NCBI GenBank assembly: GCA_964016885.1
Contig: OZ024740.1
Span: 210,924,001-210,988,000, forward strand
From: Eledone cirrhosa
Taxonomy: Eukaryota
Length of the DNA: 64,000 bases
Direction: 5' to 3'
Below are positions 1 through 12,461 of this stretch, piece after piece. The notes under the pieces are model-generated. The model worked only from the letters and a program-made list of their open reading frames with translations, made no database searches and was not told where the DNA came from. The translations under genes were made by a program, and so were the position numbers. Every line of letters starts with the position of its first letter. Within the stretch, counting starts at the first letter, position 1.

Positions 1-136
1 AAATCGAGGATAAAACACAGGGAGCGAAATAAAGCCATTGAGAAGGCCACAGAATGTGACGAAAGAGCTTTGACAATTAAACAACCATTTTGTTGCTAAA
101 CCAACAGATGGGCGGATTAGTTACATGACTAATAAC

Positions 137-545
137 GGTTTCTGATTTAGACACAAGGCCAACAATTTGGGGAGTGGTAGTCGATTAAATTGAACCCAGT
201 GTATTACTGGTACTTTATTTTATCAACCCAGTAAGGATGGAGGGCAAAGGTAACCTTGGCAGGATTTGAACCCAGAACGTAAAGGGCCATAACTATGCTG
301 CAAATCATATTGTCCGACGCTCTACCGATACTGCCAATCCACCGCCTTAATAATAATTGTTTCTATTTTTGGCACAAGGCCAGCAATTACTCAGTACATT
401 ACTGGTACTTTATTTTATCGACCCCGTAAGGATGAAAGGTAAAGTTAACCCAGGTAGGATTTGAACTCAGACCATAAAGGGCCGTAACTCTTTGCTGAAA
501 AGCATGGCGTCCAACCCTCTACCGATTCTACCAATCCACCGCCTT
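137..545 (-). mobile_element. Two tandem copies of a tRNA-derived SINE (137-347, 356-545)
   Basis: Reverse complement of the ~190 bp unit seen at 22852-23040: A/B-box-like head (GGATTGGCAGTATCGG...GTTCAAATCC), body GTTAACTTTGCCTTTCATCCTTACGGGGTCGATAAAATAAAGTACCAG (Nin/Deu-domain-like), tail GGCCTTGTGCC..AAGTAGAAACAATT(ATT)n. Confidence 0.85.
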
Positions 546-611
546 TATAATAATGATAGTAATAATCATAATTATAACACGTATGTATGTATATGTATGT
601 GTATGTATATA

Positions 612-1811
612 TAAACTTCGATAACTTTGATAGGTTTCGGCCAGTATTGGCCCAGGCCATGTCTAACTTAATAGCACCACCTGGCGAAGTCTTTCAAATC
701 AGGATTTGGGTACCATGGCGCACTCAAGTATAGATTTATTGTTTACGGAGGCATATCCGAGTGTAGGAGGTTTATCCGGGATTTCTCGAAGGAATTTGTC
801 CAAAACTTCTTGAACTTTATGGAGTCTGTTTCTCTTTTAATGTGTTTTGGTGTAATGTTAAAGAGAGCGGGGCCAATTGAGGTGAAATAATTGTACCGTA
901 TTGTTGTTATGAGATGCGAGTGAGATTTTTGTTGTGGGCGGATAGCACGGGGCCTAAGCCTTGGGTGTACATTAAAGGTGATTCCAACATCATTTGGCAG
1001 ATAATGTAGCGCTCACGGCGACGTCGGAGAGAAGAAAGGTTGAGCTTTTCTAATCGACCCCAATAGTCAAGGCCTGTCATTCCATCTATCTTTTTTCGTG
1101 TGGGGAGACCACAGTGGACAACAGTATTCAAGGTGGGATCGAGCAAAAGTGGAGAAGAGAAGGATAACAGTGTGGATATCTCTCGACTGGAAGGTTCTGA
1201 GAATCCAGGAACACATTCTGCAGGCTATGTCAACTTTGCTGTTTATATGAGTGGCTCAGCTTATGTTGTTGTCCACAATTACTCCCAAGTATCTGATGTT
1301 GTTGGATGCCACAAGAATTTCACTTGAGGGAAGAGAGTATGGGAGTTTCAGGGCATCCTTTTTTCCAAAGTGGATTAACTCGAACTTATCCTCATCCAAC
1401 AGCATATTGTTCTTTTCTGCCCATTGGATAACAGCTAGTAGGTCTGGCTGAAGGCAAGTCCGGTCACCCACCTCATTGATGACCCTTTGGAGCTTGGAAT
1501 CATCTGCGAAGATTCTTATGTTGCTGTGCTTGATGATGTTAGTAATGCCATTAATGTAGATGATGAAAAGAAGTGGGTCCAACACAGTGCCTTGTGGGAC
1601 ACCACTGCTGACTTTGGCTGGGCTTGATTTTACTCCTTCGACTACAATTTGTTGGGCTCTGTCTGTCAAGAAACATTTGATCCACTGTAGTAACTTTCCA
1701 TAGACACCAATATTGGATAGTTTTTTTCAATAGAATCTTATGATCAACCCTGTCAAAGGCTTTGCTGAAATCAAGGTAGATGACATCAGTGTTGGAGCCC
1801 TCTCCCAAAGC
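612..1811 (-). mobile_element. 5'-truncated, frameshifted CR1-clade LINE (RT C-terminal half and 3' end)
   Basis: ORFs 1551-1808 and 1256-1669 carry RT motifs DVIYLDFSKAFDRVDH, SGVPQGTVL.PLLFIIYIN and IFADDSKL; downstream YWGRLEKLNLSSLRRRRER is a CR1-like C-terminus; (TA)n on both sides. Confidence 0.88.
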
Positions 1812-2696
1812 TCATATATATATATATAGTTATAGGAATAACCAAAGAGTGCTTAGAAATACATTGTTTTATTAGATAACAGTGTTTCATCCATACCCCA
1901 TGGCAGGAATCATCAGAGCCTATAAATAAGAGTATATCAATAGTTGCATGCTCCATCGAGCTGCGTTACCAGAACAAGGTTAAAGGACCAGCAGGGGGGT
2001 CCCGAGGCCAGCGCTATATGGAAAAAGACAGAATACATGATGCACATAATATCATAAAATGTCTTAAAAAATTTAAAAATGACACCAAAAATGTATCACT
2101 TAAATGGTGCAATAGATGATAAAGAGGTTGGGAGAGGGTAGCAAGGAATGAGTGAGGGTATTACTCAGCATGATCGGAAACAATAAGAAAATAATAAAAA
2201 AAATAATAAAAAAAAGTACAAAAATACAAGGATAAGAAAAGAGATAAATATAAAAATACAAAACAATAAAGGAACAAAAAGCCAGGAAACCCCCCAAAAT
2301 ATAAGACAAAGCAAAGCATAGATACATCAAAGCACAAGCAGTGCAAAAACAGGGTGTACAGGCAGATTAAGAGAGTTTGCAAGCATGAGTCTGTGAAAAG
2401 AATAGTTGGTTAGCAGTGGTGCAGCCTTACATGTATGATAGTCCATATGAGGAATGGTGTACTCCAATTATATCGCCTTGTAACAGGTCGATTCTCCTTA
2501 TCATATCCGCACCCTACGAACCACATCGATATGTTCCAGTTCCGAACGTTAAGTGAGATAACACTATTTTTCCAAAACCTATACCCAGGGGATTTATCAC
2601 CATAGGCGGTCTGGGATATACACCTAAAATCTAAAATAAAAAATAAAAGAAAGTACGACGAGTTAAAGAAATGTATGGTACATATACATATATATG

Positions 2697-2770
<74 letters not shown>

Positions 2771-2959
2771 ATAACAGGCATATAAACGTCTATAAGTACA
2801 TGAGTGTAAATGGTATATGGGTATAATGGTATAATGGTAATGCTATAGATATGGAACCTTTAACAAAACAGCTGGAAATAACAGTCTTTATAAATAGTTG
2901 TCTCGGCTGAAGCTTTCCTTTATATTGAATTTCTGTTGAAGGTCACTAGCATTCATTGG

Positions 2960-3008
2960 CTCTTGTTGGTGGTGGTGTGGTTGTTGTTGTTGTTGGTGGT
3001 GTGGTTGG

Positions 3009-3039
<31 letters not shown>

Positions 3040-4120
3040 AGTGGTGGTGGTGGTGGTGGTGTTGTTGTTGGTGGTGGTGTGGTTGTTGTTGGTGGTGGTG
3101 TTGTTGGTGGTGGTGTGGTTGTTGTTGGTGGTGGTGGTGTGGTTGTTGTTGTTGTTGGTGGTGGTGGTGGTGTGGTTGTTGTTGGTGGTGGTGTTACTGG
3201 TGGTGGTGGTGTGGTTGTTGTTGTTGTTGGTGGTGGTGTGGTTGTTGTTGTTGTTGGTGGTGGTGGTGGTGGTGTGGTTGTTGTTGTTGGTGGTGGTGGT
3301 GGTGTGGTTGTGGTGTTGTTATTGTTGTTGTTGATGTTGTGGTTGTTGTTGTTGTTGTTGTTGTTGCTGGTGGTGGTGGTGTGGTTGTTGTTGTTGGTGG
3401 TGGTGGTGGTGTGGTTGTTGTTGGTGGTGGTGGTGTGGTTGTTGTTGTTGGTGGTGTGGTTGTTGTTGTTGGTGGTGTGGGGGGGTTGTTAGTGTTGGTG
3501 GTGTGGTGGCGGTGGTGGTAGTGTTGGTGGTGTGGTGGCGGTGGTGGTAGTGTGGTTGGTGGTGGTGGTGTGGTTGTGGTGTTGTTATTGTTGTTGTTGA
3601 TGTTGTGGTTGTTGTTGTTGGTGGTTGTGGTGGTGTTGGTGGTGGTGTGGTTTATGTTGGTGGTGGTGGTGTTGTTGTTGGTGGTGGTGGTGGTGGTGTG
3701 GTTATTGTTGTTGGTGGTGGTGTGGTTGTTGTTGGTGGTGGTGTGGTGGTGGTGTGGTTGTTGTTGGTAGTGTGTTTGTTGTTGTTGTTGTTGTTGGTGG
3801 TGGTGTGGTTGTTGTTGGTGTTGTTGTTGTTGGTGGTGGTGGTGTTGTTGTTGTTGGTGGTGGTGGTGGTGTGGTTGTTGTTATTGGTGGTGGTGTTGGT
3901 GGTGGTGTTGGTGGTGTTGTTGGTGTTTATGGTGGTGTTTTTGTTGGTGTGGTTGTTGTTGTTGGTGGTGGTGTTGTTGTTGGTTGGTGGTGGTGGTGTG
4001 GTTGTTGTTGATGGTGTTGGTGGTGTTGTTTTTGTTGGTGGTGGTGTTGTTGTTGGTTGGTGGTGGTGGTGTGGTTGTTGTTGATGGTGTTGGTGGTGTT
4101 GTTTTTGTTGGTGGTGGTGT

Positions 4121-4152
<32 letters not shown>

Positions 4153-4410
4153 ATGGTGTTGTTGTTGTTTTGGTGTTCTTGTTGTTGGTGGTGGTGATGT
4201 TGTTTTTGTTGTTGTCGTTGGCGTTAGTGTTGGTGTTGTTAACGATGATGGTGGGGATGACAAAGATGATTATTATAATGATGGTGATGGTGATTTTCTT
4301 TACGATGATGATGATGATGATGATGATAATGGTGATGTGGATGATTTTGATGATAGTGATGATGGTGGTGATGGCGATGATAATTATGATGATCTTTTTT
4401 TATTGTTATT
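2960..4410. repeat. Compound (GTT)n/(GGT)n low-complexity tract grading into (GAT)n
   Basis: Directly visible; explains the poly-V/L/G and poly-T/P/N ORFs. Confidence 0.95.
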
Positions 4411-4517
4411 GTTGATCTCGTTATTGTTTTTGTGTTTTATGTTGTTTTGGTTTGTTTTTGTAATACTTTTAATCATGGTATTCATACTTTATTGAGTCTG
4501 TAAAGGTCGGTGGATAA

Positions 4518-4555
<38 letters not shown>

Positions 4556-4557
4556 GC

Positions 4558-4634
<77 letters not shown>

Positions 4635-4752
4635 GGGAAGTGGAAGCTCTAAAATTGAGTATTGAATTTTAATATCACTTCCCTGTGTGTTGGAATATAT
4701 TTAGGTCCGTACACTCCCAGTAATACATATATATATATATATATATATATTA

Positions 4753-4807
<55 letters not shown>

Positions 4808-5008
4808 GATGTATTTTTTTCTCACGAGTTTGTTCTTTCGTTGCTACGGACCCCGCGGCTGAATTACCGGCCGCTATCTTCAATTTGCAAAGCCCTTTAA
4901 ACTGTATGTTATTACTCTGAGGTTTATACCTTGTCGAGTGCTTGGCTGCACTGCTGAATGCATTCGTCGACTTAGCTGCTGCTCGAGCTTCCAATATGAT
5001 GTACTTCC

Positions 5009-5067
<59 letters not shown>

Positions 5068-5069
5068 AT

Positions 5070-5445
5070 ATAAATATAAGCTATCGCCGTATTTTGATTA
5101 AAGAAATTATTTAACCTGATAGTGGCGTTAAGAACCCTCGGAGAAATGGAAAAAGATGAGTATTGACGTACATGGGAGTCGAACCCACATCTTTGATTAT
5201 AGCTTCTAATTTGAATGGAAGAAGACGGGTGATATGTTGGTGTAATGGTAGCACAGTGGTCTGGATAACGAAAGATGTGGGTTCGACTCCCATGTACGTC
5301 AATACTCATCTTTTTCCATTTCTCCGAGGGTTCTTAACCCCACTATCAGGCTAAATAATTTCTTTAATTTCTTTAGTCAAAATACGGCGATAGCTTATAT
5401 TTATAATTTCAAACTCGCTCGCTGTTTCGAAAATAAACTTACTAT
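5070..5445 (+). mobile_element. tRNA-derived SINE-like element with an inverted duplication (arms ~5070-5194 and 5271-5404)
   Basis: A box TGGTGTAATGG at 5238-5248, B box GGTTCGACTCC at 5280-5290 with T-stem GTGGG/CCCAT; the left arm is the reverse complement of the right arm; (TA)n flanks. Confidence 0.7.
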
Positions 5446-5685
5446 ATATATACACAAATATAAATTAGCGAGAATCGTATTTCGGCTTAGGAATTAACGA
5501 AAAACAACTTCCGAGATGTGTGGCAAGCGCTCAATGATTCAGATGAACCAGAGCTACAACATACGTTAAAGGCCAAACACACTGAGACGATGGTTAAACA
5601 AACATCCGCACAGCCAAAGAAACGACCAAGTAATTCGGGTCAAACAAATAAAAATATATGTGATTGAAAATGTATATATATATTT

Positions 5686-6266
5686 ATATTGTTATACTTT
5701 GGGAGGGTCATGTTGCCAATAAGAAACACACGCACCAGTTGTTTCATTTCAATTTATTATAATAAATTTATAAATTTAGGAATTTATAAATTTCTGGTTG
5801 GTTGGTTGGTTCCACAACCAGATGATTGTTTATATATTGTCAAAGTTCTTTCGTCACAACTTGCAATTAAGGACAAAATGAAAACACACACGCACATAGA
5901 ACAAACAAACAACCAGTAACATGTAAATAAACAAATAAATAAACAAATATAAACACACACAGACACCCAGATGTAACACATGCGCAAACTAAGCTCACAA
6001 CACACACAAAAACAAAATGGCGTAGGACAGAACAAAGGAGAGGCACAAAAGCAAAGAAAAGAATCCCCAGTCACTGAAGAGGTCACAGAATGTGTGACGA
6101 AAGAACTTTGACAATATATAAACAATCATCTGGTTGTGGAACCAACCAACCAACCGGAAATTTATAAATTCCTAAATTTATAAATTTATTATAATAAATT
6201 GAAGTGAAAGCAACTGGTGCGTGTGTTTCTTATTGGCAACATGACCCTCCCAAAGTATAACAATAT
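5686..6266. mobile_element. ~172 bp inverted repeat (5686-5858 / 6093-6266), probably an inverted pseudo-LTR of a Penelope-like element
   Basis: Arms are near-perfect reverse complements; the right arm starts inside a hammerhead motif; a related diverged sequence is at positions ~1-110. Confidence 0.7.
6070..6112 (+). ncRNA. Minimal type I hammerhead ribozyme motif (Penelope-like type)
   Basis: gtca-CTGAAGA-g-gtcaca(gaatg)tgtgac-GAAA-gaa-CTT-tgac: stem I gtca/tgac, 6-bp stem II, minimal stem III. Confidence 0.7.
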
Positions 6267-6320
6267 TGGTTTCAACACACGTTTTCAGATAAAGAATCTT
6301 GCTAAACAAATTCAGAAACG

Positions 6321-6367
<47 letters not shown>

Positions 6368-6452
6368 CAAAGTAAAAAACAAAAACAATAACAAGTAATG
6401 CAGTTACGAACAGCGTTGGTATTAGGTTCACGCTTGAGAGTGGGGGGGGGGG

Positions 6453-6484
6453 GACATTTCGGGCATACGCCCTTCATCAGGAGA
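6453..6484 (-). ncRNA. Degenerate minimal hammerhead ribozyme motif
   Basis: Minus strand CTGATGA-a-gggc(gtat)gccc-GAAA-t-GTC; stem II is perfect, stems I and III are damaged. Confidence 0.5.
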
Positions 6485-7991
6485 AAGGTGGGAAGGAAAA
6501 GAGCTCAGAGAGGGTGTGAGGGGGGAGTGGTGGAAAGACATTAAAATAAAGGGGAAAAAAATTAAAATGAAGGAAAAAAAATTAAAATGAAAACAAGTGG
6601 GGAAAGGGTGTAGAGGTGGTGGTGGGTGGAGGAGAGGGATGGGTGAAGGAAACAGGGGGTCCGTGCGGGGAGGGCGGAAGGTGGTGTGTGTGTATGCGTG
6701 TAGGTGTACGTGTGTGTGTGCGTGGATGTGAGTGTGAGAGTTTTGGGGGGAGAACGGAGTTCCATGCTCGGGTATTAGGAAAACCAGTGTGTACATGGGG
6801 TGGGGTGTAAGTCTGTGTGTGTGCGTGTGCGTGTGTGGATGGAGAGGGGGCGGAAGGGGTGGGGGAGAGGGGGCGTGCGGAGTCCTGAGTAGGTGTATGT
6901 GAAGATACGCACGTGTGTGTGTGTGTGTTTTTGTGCGGTGTGTATACGTGGGAATGTATGGTTACGTGTGTGCGAAAAAGTGTTTGTGTGTGTTCCTGAA
7001 TGTTTTTCCGGTGAGTGTGTGGTCGGATGGTGAGAATCCGGGCGTTATCGGGAAGATGTCCAGAGAGTGTGACCAGCGGTGTAGGATCTGTGGAATTGGT
7101 GGGGGGAGGGAGTAGAAGTTTGTTGAGGCGGAAGTAGAAAGCGCAACAGGAAGTGGTCCAGTAGGTCAAGGCAGAGGGGGGAGAAGGATGGGAGTGAGAG
7201 AGAGGAGATAGCAGTCAAGAAGGTAAGGAAGAGTCAGGCGAGTGGTAGTTGGCAGGCCTGGCTTGTGTGTGTATGTGGAATGTGTGTATATGTGTGCGGT
7301 GGACAGGAGAGGAGGTAGGTCAGTGTGAAAAGTTGAGGGGGAGGGTGGCGGTGTGTGTAGGGGGTTGTGTGTATATTAGTGGAGGTGTTAGTAGGAAGTG
7401 TATGGGTGGGGGTGCGTGTGTGTGTGGGTGTTAGTATTATTAGTGGTTGGGGGTCTAATCCGGGTGTGTGGGTGGTGGTTAGTAGTGGTAGTGCGGGTGT
7501 GGAGAAGGTTATGTATCGGTGTGTACGTAGGTGTGGGTGAGTGTATATATGCTGGTGTGTGCGTTGTGAGGGGGAAGTTGGGTTGGGGGGTTGTTTAGTA
7601 TTATTAGTGGTGGGGGCTGGTCGGATGTGGATGTGTGGGTGGGGGTTAGTGGTGGTAGTAGGGTGTGTGAATAGTGTGAGTGAGTGTATATATATATACT
7701 GGTGTGGTGGGGATTGTTAGTATTATTAGTTGTGGGGTGAACCAAGGGGTGGGGGTGGCTAGAAGTGGAGGGGACTGTTAATCTTGGGAGTGTTTTAGTG
7801 GTGTTAGTAGGGGTATGTGTAGGGGAGGGGAATGGTTGAAGGCTAAAGGAAGAGGGGTGGGGAGTTCAGGCCGGGGGGGTCTGTAGGGTGAAGATGGTGT
7901 GTTGTTCGACTCTAAACAGAAATAACAACACAATCGGTAGAGTATATGGAAGGAATATGTTAGATTAACGCTTGAAATAGTAGGAAGAGGG

Positions 7992-8027
7992 TCTTGACGT
8001 TTCGAACGCTAGTCCTTCATCAGAAGA
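7992..8027 (-). ncRNA. Minimal type I hammerhead ribozyme motif with intact core
   Basis: Minus strand tctt-CTGATGA-a-ggac(tagc)gttc-GAAA-c-GTC-aaga: stem I tctt/aaga, stem II with one G-U pair, palindromic ACGT stem III, GUC cleavage triplet. Confidence 0.8.
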
Positions 8028-8250
8028 AAGAATGAGAAATAAGATAGATTGAGAGGACGAGCGGGTTGGAATTGGAAAAATGTCTTTAGATAAAAATAAC
8101 AGGTCCATTGATAAGTATTAAGGTGCAAATTAATTACGTCCATAGGTGGTATACCGAATGAGCATTCGATACTCTTGGGGAGCAGAGTATCAATAATATT
8201 AATATATAAGGGAACAAAGAATCAGTGTTGCATTATATACATATTTAATT

Positions 8251-8342
8251 ACATATTACATATGTTTCATTGTCGATCAGCTCGAGGAACGATCTATTAA
8301 TGATCGAACCTGACTCTCGACTTAGAAGCTCCTCAGATATGT
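8251..8342 (-). ncRNA. Hammerhead-like motif with a long stem II
   Basis: Minus strand acatat-CTGAGGA-[~60 nt hairpin: gtcga/tcgac, tcag/ctga, cgatc/gatcg]-GAAA-catat-GTA-atatgt; 6-bp stem I, palindromic ACATATGT stem III. Confidence 0.6.
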
Positions 8343-8703
8343 TATAACATGTAGACTCACATCTGAGAGTGGTTGAATATTATCCTGATTCCTTCTTATA
8401 TGCTACCACAAATTCTGTCATAGTGGTGTGTCACCATATTCCACTTGTTGGTTTGCCTTCGGTCAGATCCCAGCTGGGGGCTTCCTATAACTTAGCGGCT
8501 ATTATCGCCAACTGTGGTCAAGTTGTCTGACGTATCGATACGTGTCGTCTCGGCTGCCTGATGTCTGCTGCTATATTGTTCGAAGTAATCATTAAGGAGA
8601 TATACAAGAATACAACGGTGAGGGGATATAATATTAAAAAAATGGAATCAACGATCACTACCAATGATTTACGATAGCAATTTTTCATTTTTTCATTTTG
8701 TGT

Positions 8704-8830
<127 letters not shown>

Positions 8831-9055
8831 TTATTTATTTATTTGCTACTTCTGCTGGAACTTGCTAAGTGGCGCTAGCCGTCAGCCTTTCAATATTCAT
8901 GGCGGGGCTTTCAAAATGTGTATTTATTAAACATACCGTATATCTTTAGTTATACGAAATTCACATACTTGTATGTATACAACTATGTTGAAGCTAAAGT
9001 TCAATTTTTATTTTATATTATTTTATTTATTTATTTATTTGTTTATTTACCACAG

Positions 9056-9510
9056 TTCCAAAGCATTATGGATTTGGTCCCAATCTTATGCAGAGCCGTC
9101 TGCATTACCCGATTCATTCCATGAAGGCTGCAGTTGAAGTGGAACAGAGACGAATTCCTGTGGCCAAGAATAGATTTGTACAGAAGACCAGGATGGCTCT
9201 GAGAAGACCAATGGCTCGACTTAATGTGATGCGGAGTCCTAGAAGAAGAATGTTTGCACCTGTTATGAATCAGCAAAGAATAAGAAATAAAACTGTGCCA
9301 CGATTTCAAGTCAACCAGAATTCTCCTCTCGCTCAAGCCCGCAGAATTGGTAGGTTTGGTTTCTTTCCAAGACCAATGTATCCATTACGTGGAAGTTCGA
9401 ACCAAGGAAGGATGCGACAGATAGACTCAGGTCGACGTTTTATGGCTGGAAGATGGAGAAGAAGAGAATCAAGATCTGCAAAGAAGCTTTGGGACGCAAA
9501 GAAAGATTAG
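9056..9510 (+). CDS. Probable terminal coding exon of an unidentified Arg-rich basic protein
   Basis: T-rich tract ending ...tttaccacAG at 9055; frame open from the acceptor (PKHYGFGPNLMQSRLHY...) to TAG at 9510; non-repetitive sequence; no upstream exon identified. Confidence 0.55.
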
Positions 9511-10766
9511 ATTTTTTTTTATATAAACTAAACATTATTTTAATCTCATTCTATCTGTTGCTTTGTTCGATTTGAAGTAACAAATATCATTTGTCTTTAC
9601 TTGAAAACCTGTTTATTTTGTTGATACAACTTCTAGGGCAAGGAGGAAAACCTATATTGATTGGCACAACATCATTAATTTATGAGAGAGGAGTTTAAAG
9701 GGTTGAGTTAACTGGTTCGTATTTTATAAATACTGGAAGGCTGGAAAGTAAAGTCAACCCAAGTGTTATTTGAACTCAGAAGGTAAAATACTGAAATACT
9801 TGTAGTTTAACACGCTAACACTCCACTGCCTTAACAATGATAATAAAACTTAATAATAATATTTTCTTTCTTTCTTTCTTGCTGGAGAGACCCAGCTACT
9901 CCACCACCACCACCACCCTCTCTCTCACTCGCTTCCATCTTTAAATAAATTTATTGTAAATCAGGACTTTTCTCTCTATCCTCAAGTTCAGCTTCAACTG
10001 ATACTGAAAGAAAACAATGAAGGCTTCATTAAACAAAGCTTTCAACTTCACTCACCGCACAAATCACATTTGCTGTATAGCTAACTGGTATAAAAGAGGG
10101 AGACCCAACGCAGTTTCTCGATCTGTTAGAAGTAGCAGTCAGATATCCCTCAAATCACACTCTACCATCTTAAAATAAAAGAAAGGAATAGTGGACAATG
10201 TGATCCTGGATACTGTCCGAAGAAAGATGAGCTGGACAGGGTCATAGGTCTGCTTGACCAAGGCAACATTGGGTTAAACAACAAAAGTATTGACTGGCCA
10301 CGAGCCAACAAAGTAACCGTTAGACTTGACCCTCAAATAATATTCAATAATAATTTTAAAAAAAGGACCCTGAATAATGTAATCCGACGTCCACCATATT
10401 TGGAAGGTTTTGATGGTCCTTTAACTCGCGGATTTTCCAAAGGAACAGCTAATATCAAGATCCAACACTGCCTGACCTTCGTTAAAGTAAAATGGAACGG
10501 ATTTTATGATAGATGGGCAATTTACTGTCGTACATATATAAATACATACAGATACATACATACGAACGTACGTCCACACGCATATATATGTATATACATA
10601 TTCACAAGCTCTTCCTCTCTCTCTCTTTATATATATATATATAAAGAGTCCGCCAATAAAATGTATACACACCCCAAGAATATATATATATATATTCAAT
10701 TATTCAACAGCACATTTCTTGCATCAAGATAGCTCAACATGGGAATTCATCTTATATATATATATA

Positions 10767-10951
10767 ATTGTTTCTACTTTAGGCACAAGGCCAGCAATTA
10801 CCCAGTGCATTACTGGTACTTTATTTTATCGAGCCCGTAAGGATGAAAGGCAAAGTCAACCTCGGCGGGATTTGAACTCAGTTCGTAAAGGGACGTAACA
10901 CGCTGAAAAGCATGGCGTCCGACCCTCTACCGATACTGCCAATCCACCGCC
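10767..10951 (-). mobile_element. tRNA-derived SINE, same family as 22852-23040
   Basis: Full-length match to the family unit; flanked by (TA)n. Confidence 0.88.
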
Positions 10952-11344
10952 CTATATATATATATAATGTAGAGAAGTAACACACGAGTTGATAGATATA
11001 TATAATAGTAAAAAAGAAAAAAACAGTAGAAAATACCAAAGGGATTTTCTCTCAGAATAACAGCAAAACATTTATTTACAATAAAGGAATTTCCGTATTA
11101 TTCGTACCGGTTTCAGCTTATGGGCTTCTTCATGCGACGGAAGTGTAGAATGAAATTGAATTACATATTAATAAGAATATGTGGCGGGGGGGGGGGGGGA
11201 TAACATGGTTTACATACATATATATATATAGAGGAAAGTTCACATTTTTATTTATCATTTTCTGTCTTTCTCTCTTGGTCTTGACCATAACTGTGTCACT
11301 ATTATTAATGGAAGTAGCAGAGAAGAATCAGTTCGTTCTGCTTT

Positions 11345-11525
11345 AGCTGTTGACCTCGACCAAAATTGTGTGCTGGGCAAAACAGTGAATCCTAGAACAA
11401 GACACATTCATTTCAGCTGAGTTGATTAAATCAATATGAAAAGAAGTGTCCTGTTCAACGACCACACCACTTAGCCCAGTCAAGGATTCGAACCCTCGAT
11501 CGTAACTTCTAAGCCGCACGCCTTC
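11345..11525 (-). mobile_element. Degenerate tRNA-derived SINE of a second family
   Basis: Minus-strand B box GGTTCGAATCC followed by GTGGTCGTTGAACAGGACACTT (CORE/V-type-like body). Confidence 0.5.
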
Positions 11526-11805
11526 ACGTGATAAATTGAACATTCTTCAATAACACAGAGTTGCCAACGCCTTCAAACATTGAATTTATTTGTAATTTAT
11601 TTAAATCCATGCAACAATCCTGACACAAACAAATGCCCGTTCACAACCAAATATACTCGCCCGTCGCATATCGTATTAGCAAACATTACATAATAGCTGT
11701 CTGACTGGATATGAGGATAGAATATATAGGTCGATAGAGAAAAATAGAGAGAGGTGTGAGTATGTTAGAGCGACATACCTACGTAGATACATACATAGAT
11801 ACATT

Positions 11806-11852
<47 letters not shown>

Positions 11853-11928
11853 ATACATACACAGACGTACACATACATACATACATACATACATACATAC
11901 ATACATACATACATACATACATACATAC

Positions 11929-12460
11929 ATACCTTCAGATTTATGCCTGTGATTATTGGGGCACTGGGATATGTTAGTAACTGCCTCAATACAAATCTTG
12001 AGAAGCTAGGCTTCACAGGAACAGAAAGAACACAACTAGTTAGGAAATTACAAGTACAATCCATTAATGGAACAGTAAAAATATGTAAAACATCCCAAAA
12101 ATTTGCATCTAATAACTGCATATACACATGTACAGATACAAAGCATATACACATGCACACATACAACTCAAAACATCCACATCCACATATACAATAACAT
12201 CCATATCTACACATGCATGCATACATACATATCTACCTAGTTGATGTTGTGTAAATTCCAATGAGAGAGTCTTGTGTCTATGTTAGAAATCGACTCTCTC
12301 TGTTGGTAAAACTTTGTGAAATTATAAAACCAGAAGAACATACATATATACATTATTTAGACGTTGGGGACCCTCATACACAAAAAAATAGAATACACAG
12401 CAAACCCCACCAATTTTACATAATCAAAGTTAGCTTGGCGCAGTTGAAAAGTTATACATA
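11929..12460 (+). mobile_element. 5'-truncated non-LTR element: C-terminus of a restriction-like endonuclease (RLE) and 3' UTR
   Basis: FRFMPVIIGALGYVSNCLNTNLEKLGF...LVRKLQVQSINGTVKICK matches the PxxxGALG motif that ends RLE domains; starts directly after (CATA)n and appears to end in ATACATACA. Confidence 0.65.
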
Positions 12461-12461
12461 C

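Noticed and set aside
2936-4415. Long poly-Val/Leu/Gly and poly-Thr/Pro/Asn ORFs
   Set aside because: Translations of (GTT/GGT)n low-complexity DNA, open in several frames, no domain signal
4820-5010. GC-richer island that might be an upstream exon of the 9 kb gene
   Set aside because: No convincing splice sites or recognisable protein; sits between microsatellites like a repeat fragment
5230-5302. Possible tRNA gene
   Set aside because: A/B boxes and T-arm are present but acceptor and anticodon stems pair poorly; better explained as a SINE head
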